Assembly (NCBI GenBank): GCA_036172245.1 | Contig: JAYWIR010000023.1 | Location: 124,001 to 188,000 of the forward strand | Reading direction: 5' to 3' | Origin: Raillietiella orientalis | Lineage: Eukaryota | DNA length: 64,000 nt | Shown here: piece by piece, positions 22,539 to 34,300 of the stretch | Layout of the letters: each line of letters starts with the position of its first letter | Numbering within the stretch: position 1 is the first letter of the stretch | Translations under genes and position numbers: made by a program | The notes under the pieces: model-generated | Databases searched by the model: none | What the model was told of the DNA's origin: nothing | Seen by the model: only the letters and a program-made list of their open reading frames with translations

Positions 22539-25500
22539 GAGCACTTTCTTTCTGTTTTCCAGATTGGTTCTACTCTTTACTCATGAGCTTCCAGTTGATG
22601 CTGGTGTCATGGAAACCTCGCAGATTCGAAACTTCCCACAGGAGACTTCAAGGATGCTTACGGTCGCCTTGAGCGTTTTTTGGAAAGTGCTGTGGCCGTG
22701 CACATCAGGGAGGGACGCTCTGCTTGTGCAGGAACAATACTAGGCGGTTGGTTGCAGCGGTATATTCCTACGGGCGAAAGTTACGGTCCTTTGAAATCCT
22801 TCTGTTTACTTCAGGAGCCGCTAAGGTCCACGTTCAGCTCCGGGGATCTGGACCTATCCGTGACGTCCTGGAAAACGCGGGTTTCATGAGTGCATTCGTC
22901 AGCATTTTGCTTTATGCATATCCTCGGTATGCATGCTGCAACAGTGTATATATACACAGAGACACACGCATATCAGACGGCCGAAGAGGCACCCAATGGG
23001 AGTGCACGAGGAATGGAAAGTGGGAATTCTTTCCCCCCCTTTTTTTTTTTCCTTTTCTATTCATCATGTCGAGAGATCGCTTGGGATCCGCAGCAGCCGA
23101 GCCCGCAAGCGATTCCTGGACAGGAAGGAGGCGTTTCCTGTGCACGTGACGAACACTTTCTGCTGCGAGCACGCACTCCACGCAGTCCCCGGCTTCCTCC
23201 GCTGCAACCGCCGTGGGAGGGGGCGATCCCGCTCCCTTCCGGAGGGGATTTCCTGGAACCTCGGCTCAGGAACCCGTCCTGGTCGCAGTGCGGATCGGAG
23301 TCCCCCTCCTTCCCGCCGTTCCCTCCTTTCCAGACAGCCCGCCCCTTCCCCTCTTAGTTTCTCAGGACGCTTGACGGTTCCGACGCCTCTGGGCCTCGCC
23401 TCCTCCGCCTCGTGCGGGGACTGGAAAGAATCCTCCACCGGCGGCCGGGGATGAACTCCCGGCTCCCGTCCGCCATCCCTGACGAAATGCTCTAAGAACG
23501 GCCAGTCCAGAGATGCGCTGATATAGGTAGAGATAGACCCGAGAGCAGCCAAGAGAGAAAGGGAAGGCTTCCATCCTGCCTCCAACTGGCGATCCCGCCC
23601 CCCCCCCCCCCCCCCCCTGTTTTCTTCTCCCCCCTCTCTCCTTGTTTTTCCTTTTTTTTGCTTCCGGCTGTTCACTGGCTGCCCGACCGGCGGCGCTCCT
23701 TGACGTGGGCTGCGGCAGGCACCACGCGCGTTTCATCTCCTCCCGGAACGGAAAGCCGGAAGCGATAGTCCAGGAGAGGGGGGATCCTCGGACTAGCGGA
23801 GAGGGAGGCGACGGAGGACGGCACAGGACGCAGAGGGGAACCCTTCCAAGAATAGAAGTCCTCCTCCTTCTCCTCCCCCTCCACTGCCGCCGCCGCCGCT
23901 GCCGCCGCATGCATGGTATCGGGAGATGAGTCCGCGGTGATTATCCGCCTCCGTTCGGGGTAGCGTTCCATTTCAATCGGATAATTCATCCATCAAATCT
24001 CTGTGTGGACCACGAAGCGAGGGAACAGCCGCTATGTTCGTTTCAGATGGGAGGGAGAGAGGGAAGGGGGAAGAGTAGGAAGAGGGAGAGAGAAGGGGGG
24101 GGGGAAATGCTCACGCGATCAGTCCGATTGGAGACTCGAGGTGTCCTCCAGAAGCTGGAGAATCCCTGTCGCCACAAATTACCTTCCTGATGGGGCTCAA
24201 TTCCGTCCCTCCTCCCCCTCAAAAAAAAAAGAAAAAAGAAAAAGAGGAATGGCGGAGGAAGGGAAAGAGAAGGAAGAGGAGGGCTCTCTTGGAGGGCGGG
24301 AGGGCAGAGAGACTCGGCAGACATGCCAGCAGCTTCTGACGCCTCCCTGGAAGGCTCTTCAGGAAGCGTTCCGGCCCTGACCGCAGTGGAGGAGAGGTCA
24401 TCCAGACTGGACCCTCCTCTTCGCTCTCTCCTGACGCACCAGCTGGCACCCTACGCGCCCCCGAGAATTACCCCCCCCCCCCCCGTGCCATCCTTGTCCA
24501 AGGACGAGCGCACTCTCCTCCACTGCTCCTCCCTCCTTCCAGGCCCCTCCTGCGCTCTCTCCATTTGCACGCTGTGTGGCTGCAATCCGTTCCTGTCGGC
24601 GCTCGACTCTCTCAGATACTTTAGAAGGAATCGGCAGAGAAGAATACTTTCCAGAGAAGGATCAAAGCGGTACAAAGACGCCACCTGCCTCTCGGGGAAG
24701 CGCGTACCACTCCCCTCCGCACTTCCGGACTCGAAAGGCGCAGACTACTAGGAAACCGAGGAATTCTCGCGGGAATCGCTGCCCCTCGCGCCGCCGGGAC
24801 CACCCTGCTCCGAAGGAAGAGTGCTCTGCTGTCCGGGAAGGAGGAAGTCCTCGAATCCTGGTTCGCCAGCTGATCCGGGCCTGGGTCAAGTGGTCCATAT
24901 CTGATCCTAGGCTGCAGCCGGGGCACTCAAGAAGAGAAAGACCGTCTCTGGCTGGACCCCCTGCGGCAGCAGACAGCTCATTGGATTCCTCGAAACCCGG
25001 CCGGCAAGGAGCTGTCCCCCGGCAAGACGAAAGGGAGGCAGTTCCCGAAGACCACGTTCCGGGATTCTCAGCTCCCGAGATCAAGTCATCAGACGATCAC
25101 CGGCAAGAATGCCGGCGCCAATTGCTGACCGCAGGACATGATGTGAGGGACGAAGGTCACTGCCTCAACCTGCGACGAGCCGGTCACTCAGCTGATCATC
25201 ATCTCTTCCCTCCGGAGAGCTCCAGTGTTTCACGCAGCGATGATCCGGCGCAACCGTCCCAGCCGACACGAAAACGGGATCAGCTCAGGTTTCCAACGCT
25301 CGCCTAGATCGGCAAGAAGATCCTCCAAAGGGTGCCGACAAGAAATGGAGGCGCTTCCCGTGCTGCGGGAAGAGGTCTCACTCGAGGAGTCCCTTGCGGA
25401 ATCCGGGTGCGCAGGTCCGGGTTCGTGGTCCGAGGAGCTTCCTGGGACAGCAGGAACAGAGATGTTTGAGGATCCACTTCCTGCCGCGTCCCGCCTGCCG

Positions 25501-26063
25501 CTGCTGCTTCTCGAGATCGGTGAGGCTCCTCGATGACCAAGTATGGCCAACGGCGGTTTCCGGGGATCCGAAGAGAAGGTTCCTCTTCTCCGGAATCCCC
25601 ATATCCGTGTTGCTGCTGCGCTGCCAGAGAAAGGGCGATCCTCCCTCTCTCGCATCCCATGAATATTCATCCGGAATCTGACATGACATAAATTGGCGTC
25701 TGGCCTTCCCAGACGGGTCGGAGTCGCAGTTGTTTTTCTTCCCTTTTCTCCCTTTTTTCAGGAAGATTTGTGAATTTTATCCGGAAGGATCCTGCGAGGG
25801 AACGGCGGTCTACATCACCAGAAGATCAATCCGGTGGCTATGGAAACGCAGATTGATCCTCTTCCTGCCGTTGAGGTTTACGTCTTGTCAGCTTGGCTCG
25901 CCAACGAATCTTTCCTCTCCGTTCGTCTGGTTCCAGCAGTTCTCTCTTCCGAGGTTACGAGGAGATGCATCCAAGATTTATGGAGCATCAATTATCTATG
26001 AAAGCGGGGAGCCGTGTAGCTCCAGATATTTTCTGCAGAGGCTGATTTTCGAGCATCTATCTG

Positions 26064-26135
26064 TTCTTCCTTGGGGCCTGCCCAGGATCGTCCGGACAGA
26101 TACTACAGGGAGGAGATGGGAAAAGGAAGTCGGTC
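26064..26135 (+). repeat. 72-bp repeat, copy A (inverted relative to 27921-27992)
   Basis: 69/72 identity to the reverse complement of 27921-27992 by manual alignment. Confidence 0.9.
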
Positions 26136-27920
26136 CTTCCCATACGTGGCTTCCATGGAATCGTCCCTCGTCATGTCCAACACCTTCCTCCTCCTCCCCC
26201 CTCACACACACGAACATGTACCCAGGAGATCCATCTCGGGGGAACATTTGATAGGGGCAATGATCCGATGAGAAGAATAGAAGGGCTCTTCGTTTCTGGT
26301 CTCTGACCGCGGTCGGGGCGTTCCAGCTAAACAGGAAGAGAAGAGTTTCGAGAAGAGTTCTCACTGAGAAGGAAAGAGAAACCAAAAGAAGAGAGGGAGG
26401 AGAAAAGATGAGGGGACACAGAGACCTGAAGGAATCATCTTCTCGCTACCTTGACAAACAGGTTTTCCACCACGGGGTCTTCCAGCACTCAGAGAAGTCG
26501 AGCAGCCAGATCACAAGCAGAGTCTGGTGGGAAGGCCTGCGGAGACGAGAAGGGGTCACTGCGAGGTCACCGGCCACAGCGACGCCCTCGGAGGTGGTAA
26601 GCCACGAAAGAGGTCTGGCGAGGGAAGAGCCCAGGAGCGCCTCTGTAGTCTGAGGAGCAGGCCATGGATCAAAGCCAAAAGCGGCAGCACGCCGGAATGA
26701 CTTCATCTGGCGTGCACCTCCAGCTCCCCTCCTCCTCGCGATGGCGTAGCACTCGTTCCTGGAGCACCATCAGGTGAGACGGAATGCTGTCTGGAGCAGT
26801 GGCGGTGGCGAACTTCGAGGGGAAAAGCCCACGTGATTCAACACCCGCCGGCAGGAGCCTGCGACAGCGGGGACTCCTAGCGAAGAAACTGGGAATGCGT
26901 GGTAAAGGGAGGTTGAGAGAGAGAGAGAGGGGATCGCCTCCGGGACCGGCAACTCCGCAGCTACTCCCCATCCCTGAGCGGAGAGCGAAATTCCGCGGGT
27001 CGGCGCGCGCGCGAAGCGGAGCGGCGAACGGTCCGGGACCGCGGCCTGCCGGCCGCCGCACGCTCGGGAGGCAGCAGCGCAGGGATGAGGCAGAACGAGT
27101 TCGGAGGGGCGAAGGGGAAGGAAAGAAAAACGGGCAAGAACGGGGATCTGCCTGTCCCTTGGGTGAGGGAAGATCCGAGGCAGGTGTTTCCCTACTTGAG
27201 AGAAGAGTGAGCTGAGACAGCCCCTCGCCCGCCCCCCAGAGAGACCTCTGCTCCTCCGTCCCGAGAGACCCGCGCCTCCTCTTCGGCCTTTGACAGTTTT
27301 TTTCTCCCCTTTCCCGTTCTGGAAGGAGGCAGAGGGAAAGGCGCGGGTCGCTGGCCACTGCTGACCCTCATGGAGCGGGGGGCGCGGCGAGGGATAGAGT
27401 CAGAAGAGGAAGCAGGACTCCCGTCGAGGATCCTGCCTTGAGAGGGGTGGCCTCCGCTAGCCTTGAGCTCGCGGTGCATGACTCAGAGAGGTCCTCGCTC
27501 CAAAGGTCGTGCCTCGGGCGGGGTTTGTCTTTCCAGGATGGCTGAAAGGATCTTCTACGCCTCCCCGTCTTGACCCTGCGACGGATCGTCACCCCCGGCC
27601 GTCTGGAGCCGAGGGCACTGGCCGTGGCTACCTTTTGCCTCGAGATGTTCCTCCGACGACTCTCGAGGCCTCCCGGGAATGGTAGGGCTTCTGGCGCTGC
27701 TCCTTCGTCCCTTGGTTCCCTCCTGGATCCGAAAATAGGGGATAGCGGGGCGCGTGGTTTCCTGGCGTCTGCCAGGAGGATGGCTTGCAGAGGGAGGACG
27801 CCGGCCCTTGCGCGAGCGTGCGGACTTCAAGCACAATGGCGATGTTTTCTGGAAACGGTCGGAGGCGGAGAGGGGGCGGACAGGATCAGATGTTCCTCGG
27901 AACTTATCATCAATTGCCAC

Positions 27921-27992
27921 GACGGACTTCCTTTTCCCATCTCCTCCCTGTGGTATCTGTCCGGACGATCCTGGGCAGGACCCAAGGAAGAA
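27921..27992 (-). repeat. 72-bp repeat, copy B (inverted relative to 26064-26135)
   Basis: 69/72 identity to 26064-26135. Confidence 0.9.
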
Positions 27993-28323
27993 GGAGAGGA
28001 GATAGAGAGAGGAGGGAGGGGACGAAGAGGGGAGGAGGAGGGAGTGGCTGAAGGTTCTGGAATAGTGCGCCCGCAAGTCCCCTCTCTCTCGCGCGCGCGC
28101 ACGCCGGCCGGCGCAATTTCTTCCTCCCCTCTGGCTCCCCCCGCCTTCCCATAGGCGACTTCGATCCAGGTCGGGAGGCCGCCTCGCGGCTGCGCCCTCC
28201 CAGCCGCCTTCCGCCGCTGCGAGAAGGCCGAGCGGCCGGGAGGCGACGGCGCTCTCCCAGAAGGTGCCGGAACGCGTCCCGGGCGGCTCCAGCGCGGGAA
28301 GCCGGGCATGGACTGAGCGAAGG

Positions 28324-28396
28324 ATGCATGGGAGCCTCCTCGGACTCTATACGGTGTTCGCGGTGTTCGCAGTGCTCACAACCAGGGAAGAAGCAG
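28324..28396 (+). CDS. Dpr coding exon 1 (signal peptide)
   Basis: MHGSLLGLYTVFAVFAVLTTREEA-G, then donor CAG|GTAAAG in phase 1, matching exon 2. A strong upstream acceptor (pyrimidine tract, CCCATAG|, exon start 28155) implies a further 5' UTR exon. Confidence 0.7.
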
Positions 28397-31300
28397 GTAA
28401 AGAAAAATGCCCCCACCGCTCACAGAGACGAAAGGAACGGGAAAAAGGGGATGAGATGGGTGAGGGGGGTTGGCGAGTTTCCTCCAGTCTCCTGCCTCCT
28501 CCAGAAGTCGAGGATGGTCAGGAATGCCGCTCCTTCTTTCCTTTCCTCTCTGTTTCTGGCTTCCCTCCTTCCCTGGAGACCGGACGAAGTTTCCTTACCA
28601 GATGCTTCTTCCCGCCTTTGACTGTTAGAAAGAGCCCTTATCCCTTGCTCAGGTTCCCTTCCTTGAGACTTCTTTCAGTGCAGGGTCGACTTTGTTGTTC
28701 ACCTCCGATGGGGGAAGATGGGGGAGGGAGAGTAGACGCGCACCCAGCTGGAGGAACTCCGGCATGTCCGTGACCTCTCGGGCGACCCCCATCGCGGAAG
28801 ACGAGAGGTGCAGGGGAGAATCGCGGCGGTGTTCGGAAGAGGCAGGAACAGGACCAGCCCTGGCGCACCTCTCAGGAGATCGCACGGACACCCCCCTGAA
28901 ATCTACCCCTCGTCCGCTTGGAGCGCCTGCCGTGGCGACCCACGTTCTCCCGGCAAAGTGAACGATCCGCCGCCTCAGCCGTTCACTCCCAGGCGTGGAG
29001 CAGAGGGACGCGCGCAGAGGGAGAAGGGGTGGCGGCAGGGTACACCGGTGGACCTCTGGAGTCTTCCCGCTCGTGCGCGCGAGGGCAGCAGAGGCGACGG
29101 CGCCTGCGAAGGATCTCCCCGCTGTCAGTCGTGAGACACGAATTCACTCCTTAGAGACCCGAGGATCTCAAGGCGTCTCCCCCCCTTGAGCGGTCCTTTC
29201 TCTCTGAAGGGAGGTGTCTCTGGGAGGGCAAGGGTTCTGGTCGGGAGGCGCAACGGAATGCGCCGAAGGCTGAGAGCCCTCTTAAATGACCCCAGCTGCT
29301 GTTCGAGAAGCCGAAGGGCGGCGTCAGACCCGTGGGGACCCGGCAGGTGCCTCCCCCCCTCCACAACCTGCCTCCTTCCGGAGGTGCTGGACAGGCGCTG
29401 AAGGAAGGACGGCGGCGTCTTCCTTCCTTGAGGACTTCGCGGGGCGGCGCCCGCGAATTCGGGAGGAAGAGGGAGCGGCAGTGCTCTCTGGTGCCTCCCG
29501 CGCAAACTAGGTGCTCGGAGGGCCTCACAGAGCTACCGCTCCGGAGCTGGAGAAGCAACAGTGACCACGAAGGAGTGCACCTTATTCCATGGGGGAAGAC
29601 CCGCGCTCCCCGAAACCCCCCCCCCCCCCTTTTGCGGATCGGCGCCGCAAAACCTCGTGATCTCCCGGAGGACGCCGCCAAAGAAGAGGTCGAGAGCCGT
29701 GAGCGGAGAGGAGAGACTACAAGAAAAGGGAGGGGAGGAGTCACCTCTCTACTACCGCGACTCTGGAAGTCGGGATCCTTGAGGAAGAGGGCGAGCCCCC
29801 CCACGAGCACCGTGGTCCGCTCCGGTCCACCTTGCGGGGTGACCCCGGTCTGAAGGCTGACGGCACGTCGGCGAGAACGTCGAGTGATCGGAAGCTCAGA
29901 GCGCTCTGCTCTACCCGGGACTCGCCCCTCTCGCCTTTCCGTTTCCGGAGTCCCGATTTCGCGCGGGGCTCCACTCGCCCTCCTCCGAGGCTCCCGGAAC
30001 GCGCCCGCCCGCCTCCTAGGGAGGAGGGGGCTCCTTCCAGGAGGAGCTCTCTCCCTGTCTCCCTCGGATTGACGAGGGGCGGCTTGCGGCTGACGGGACA
30101 ATCTCTCGCGGCGCTCACCGCCGTTCCCGTTAAATCGCTCCCGTCGAAGATCTGGCGAAAGCAACGACGAAGTGGCTACGGGAGAGGGGGAGGTGGCTGC
30201 CAGGGTTTCCTCCCCCCCTCCCCCTCCGAACCCGCGAATAATCCGGACAAATCAGAATGCTAATCGAAAATTGTCCCCTGCAGGAGGTTCGCGTTCCCTG
30301 CTACCCCGTTTCGGTTGATCTGTTCGGGCGTGATCCCCTCTGGAGTGTTTACCCGCGGAGGTGTCGCGTTCCCAAAGCTTTCTCTCCCCTCCCCCCTCCT
30401 TTCCTTTTCCCCTTCCGCCTCTAAGCCGGTAGCAGCATCCCCGGAAGAAAAGGAAAGCGGACGGCGGGGCGCACGCGCACGCGAAAGGTGCGGAGACACC
30501 GGGGGTGTTCCCGGAACACCGCCTTTTGGGCGAAAACAGCAGGATCCGCGCGCGGTCCTACTCGCGTCTGCTCCCGAGCGTCACGCACATAACTTGGGCG
30601 GAATGCGAACCGCAGTGGCTCTGCGACGGCACTCGAGATAATCCTAACGGCTCCAGAGCTTCCTCTCGAGAAAATGAAAGAAACCCCGTATCGCGACATC
30701 ATCGCCGCTTTTATTTGCTCTTCTTATCTTTCGGAAGCGACCTCCTTCTCGCCAAACACGTGCTGCTTTATGCCCTATGGTACGAGCGGCTCCAATCGAG
30801 AGATTTGGGGGGGGGGGGATACGCCTCAGCTGCACGTCGAAGAAACTGTTCTGCATTTTCCGCGTATGCGGATTTGACACCACTTTGTCGCCTGGGATGC
30901 TGCGCATGTTGCTGCTTCCTTCCTTCCCCACTTGGCGTCACGTGCATTGTTGAAAAGGGAATCGTTGCTCGGGAACGCGAGGCAGGCAGTATTACCACTG
31001 ATGATTTGCATCCAAAACATTTCCGGTGCGCGTGTGGATGTGTTATGTGTGCAAAGATGCGTGCGTAGCAAATTGAATATTTAGGTTTGCTTGGAAAGAC
31101 AAGGTTTTTAGCAATGAAAAATTCATGAACGTCGTAATCAGTTTTCCTCGCTCATTCTCTCGAACGGCTCGTTCCCACCGAATTCCAGCAGCCTACCCCA
31201 TTTCGGTTATCCTGTACTATGATTTACCAAAACAGCTTTCGTAGCAATTGATGACAAGAGCACTGTTTTTTTTTTTTTTTTCCACAGTGGAACGTCGTTC

Positions 31301-34300
31301 CTGATCTCTGAGCTTCGAATTTAATAATATTAAACTTAAAAACATAAACGCAACGCTGGATAGTTTTCAATGACAGTGCTTCCCTTTGGATGTATTGATG
31401 TGTGTTTCCTTTTGAACTCTTCTTTGTGGAACAAACAATAAGATGTTTCTTCAAGACCATTCGAAAGACCTTATGCCAGGACAGCAGATCTTTACTATTA
31501 TGACTGCAGTTAAGAAAGATGTATATGCTTGGAATACGATGTCAGTTGTTCCCTGCTAGAACCAAGCGATCTTTTATTTATTATTCATAGCCTCCCTAAA
31601 ATTCATTTACTAATTAAAAGCCCGAGATAAACCATTTCTGCTTGAAGGTTTCGTGATTTTTGTAAAAAATGAATCCAATTTGGAATTGCATTTTTTTCCA
31701 TTAAATGCTCGCAGCGATGACTGGATGAGAAATGCCGACAGCTGAAGGCTCATCTTGGTCCGTTCAATCCAATGATCCTTTTCCTGAGAGTCCGATTTAT
31801 TCTAAACAAAAAATTATCATGAAGTTTTTCAATTATGCCAGCAAAAAAAATCCCCCCCTTCCTCACCCCCTTCCTGAGTTGCGATTCTTGTACACACCCA
31901 ATCCACTGTGAACGAAGTGCCTTCCCCCTTCCGTCTTTTGATTCGCGTTGGCCACGTTAATGGCTTCAAATCTTCAATTTCAAAAGCGTGGAAATAAGCT
32001 GAGGTTTGAATCTCAAAAGGGTTCTGCCTGGTCGGGTTACATCCTGCCCATCTTTTATCTTCCAGGGTTTATCAGAATGAGCTGGTGAATATGTTCCGTT
32101 TCGGAAAGGGACGAAATCGGTCACAATGCCCCAGTACCGTTCGAATTTTTCTCCCCTACGATCCCCCTAGACCGGCATGGCTGTTCGCCCAGAGACTTTT
32201 ACGCATTGGATCTGTCGTAGGAAAAATCCAGCCGGTGGACGGGTTCGCACTCGCAGAAAGTCTGTACTCACCCATGCGTGGACCCACCGGAGGAACACTC
32301 CGGTGGGTCCGCGCATGGAGGTCAGCGCGCACTGTTCAGAATAATGATTGGAGCCTCCCCCTCCCCTTCCCTGCAAGAGGGTGAAAGCGAATAAATCTGA
32401 TAGCAGTTTTCCAAGATCGCTGAACACTGTAAGTTTGCTCGTTCAAACCCTCTACGAGTGCGTGTCTCGGAAATGGAGAACCGTCAAGAACAATGCCCTG
32501 CCCTGCACGTCTTTCTCCTTAACATGTCACGGGAAAGTACGAACTGGAAACTTGTACAATGGCTACAAAAAACAAAAAGAGAGGAAGGAAAAAAAGAGAG
32601 AAGAAACTGGCTGCCAGGGTGAGAGGAACCAGCGGATGTGAATCAAGCAATCGTCTGTAAGTGTGATAGGAGAACTGGAAATGCGTCCTCGACGTCCCGA
32701 GTTCGTACACCAGAAACCGGGCATTTGGATATGCAAAGTGGGCGCAGAAGGTGCATCGGACTCTGGAGCCTCTTAGATGGATGCGCATGGATGCATCTTA
32801 GCGACGGAACACTGCTTCAAACAAGGTGACTGCCGTTGAGCTGTGTGTCACATGCAGGGACGGCAGCTGGACTCACGAGCGCGGAATGTTACGCTACTTT
32901 GACGGTCACCATGGTGGCGGTTAATGCCTTGCGGCAGACATGACGAACAGAGGAGCAAAAGAAAGCATCCTCTCCGATAATGTCTTCTAGCATTCGGGTT
33001 TTCATCGGGGATTGGCAGTTCACGCTTGAGAAAATTCCCTTCCTTCGAGTTTAGCACCTTCCTGTGGATTCCGCTGGACCACTCTTTGGAGACCGCTGGT
33101 GGGAGAGGGATGATCGGCCCACTGCTCTCAGCTCAACGAAAATTCCTATTCTTGACGTGCCGTTTACGAAAGTGTGACTCCAGCTTGCACTGAGTAAGGT
33201 GTTGATTCGAATGCAGCAAGCAGCAAAGGTATCGTCGTACTACCCGTGGTGTACAAAAAGGAGGAAGTCATAAAGAGGGATGCGAGACCACTCACATAGC
33301 ACCATGGCGGTGGCTTTAATGGCGATGTTCCATAGGAGGACTGCTCAACGCTTCCACGACAGCCACCACGATTCACAGCACACACGTGTCACGCCTCAAT
33401 GACAACAACGGTGGGAGAAGACTCTGATGGGGAAGACAGGCTCCTCATTAAGGAGAGCTGCAGACTGTGCTTCCAACTTCATCCCATAGCGATTTAAGGG
33501 AAGGCCAAACCTCAGGCAGTCTTTGAGGGTCATGGAGGAGGGTGGAGGTGTGATGACGAAGCCTGTTGCAAATAGAACCCTCCTCCAGTGCAGAAAAAAG
33601 AGCGTCTAGAGGGCAAGGTCGAGCTCTTCTCCGGGAACGCGTGAATCTCAAAGCATCGCCGGAGATGTGTCCTCCGCAACTGTTGTTCTTATCGTTAGTA
33701 TTTGGACGTCGTTCCCTATCCAGTCAGATCACATGATCTTCGTTTTCTACTCCGCGCCGACCCAATTTGTTTTCTGCTCACTTGGACCACCAATGTCTCC
33801 ATCTAGTCCACGATATTCTCACGACCGGACGCTGCGAGCTTCTGACACCTCCGCCTTCTGTTCTCCAGCATCTCGAGAGGAACAGGATCTTTGCCAGTAG
33901 AACCTTTCACAAGGGCTCTGCCATCCGTCTGCCACTACTGGACAAAGCGCGGTCGCGAACAAAGGCCGGTACGGTTTCTTCCACACACGTTGGAAAACAC
34001 TCAGAGAAAGAGGTGGACCTGGGAAAGCATGGAGACCTCGCAAAAGGAAAATCCCTTCCACAGCGAGTGGACCAAGTCCAACCATTGGGAGCAGAAAAAA
34101 GGGAAGGGCTCGCAGGAAGAGCACAAGCAGTTAGGAAAAGGGGGAGCTGTACAGGGGGAGGCTGCGGATCCCGATGGCATGGGTAACCTTCATCGGACCG
34201 CTCGGCGGAAGGTTCCCTGCAGCGGAGCAATTGCTCCCCGCGAGGTTTCTGGGGAACAGCGCCTGCTGAGGGAACCGCGAAAAAGCAGATTATATCAACA

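Noticed and set aside
32066..32084. Possible micro-exon in Dpr intron 1 (TTCCAG|..|GTGAAT)
   Set aside because: 19 nt would shift the frame, and read-through hits TGA.
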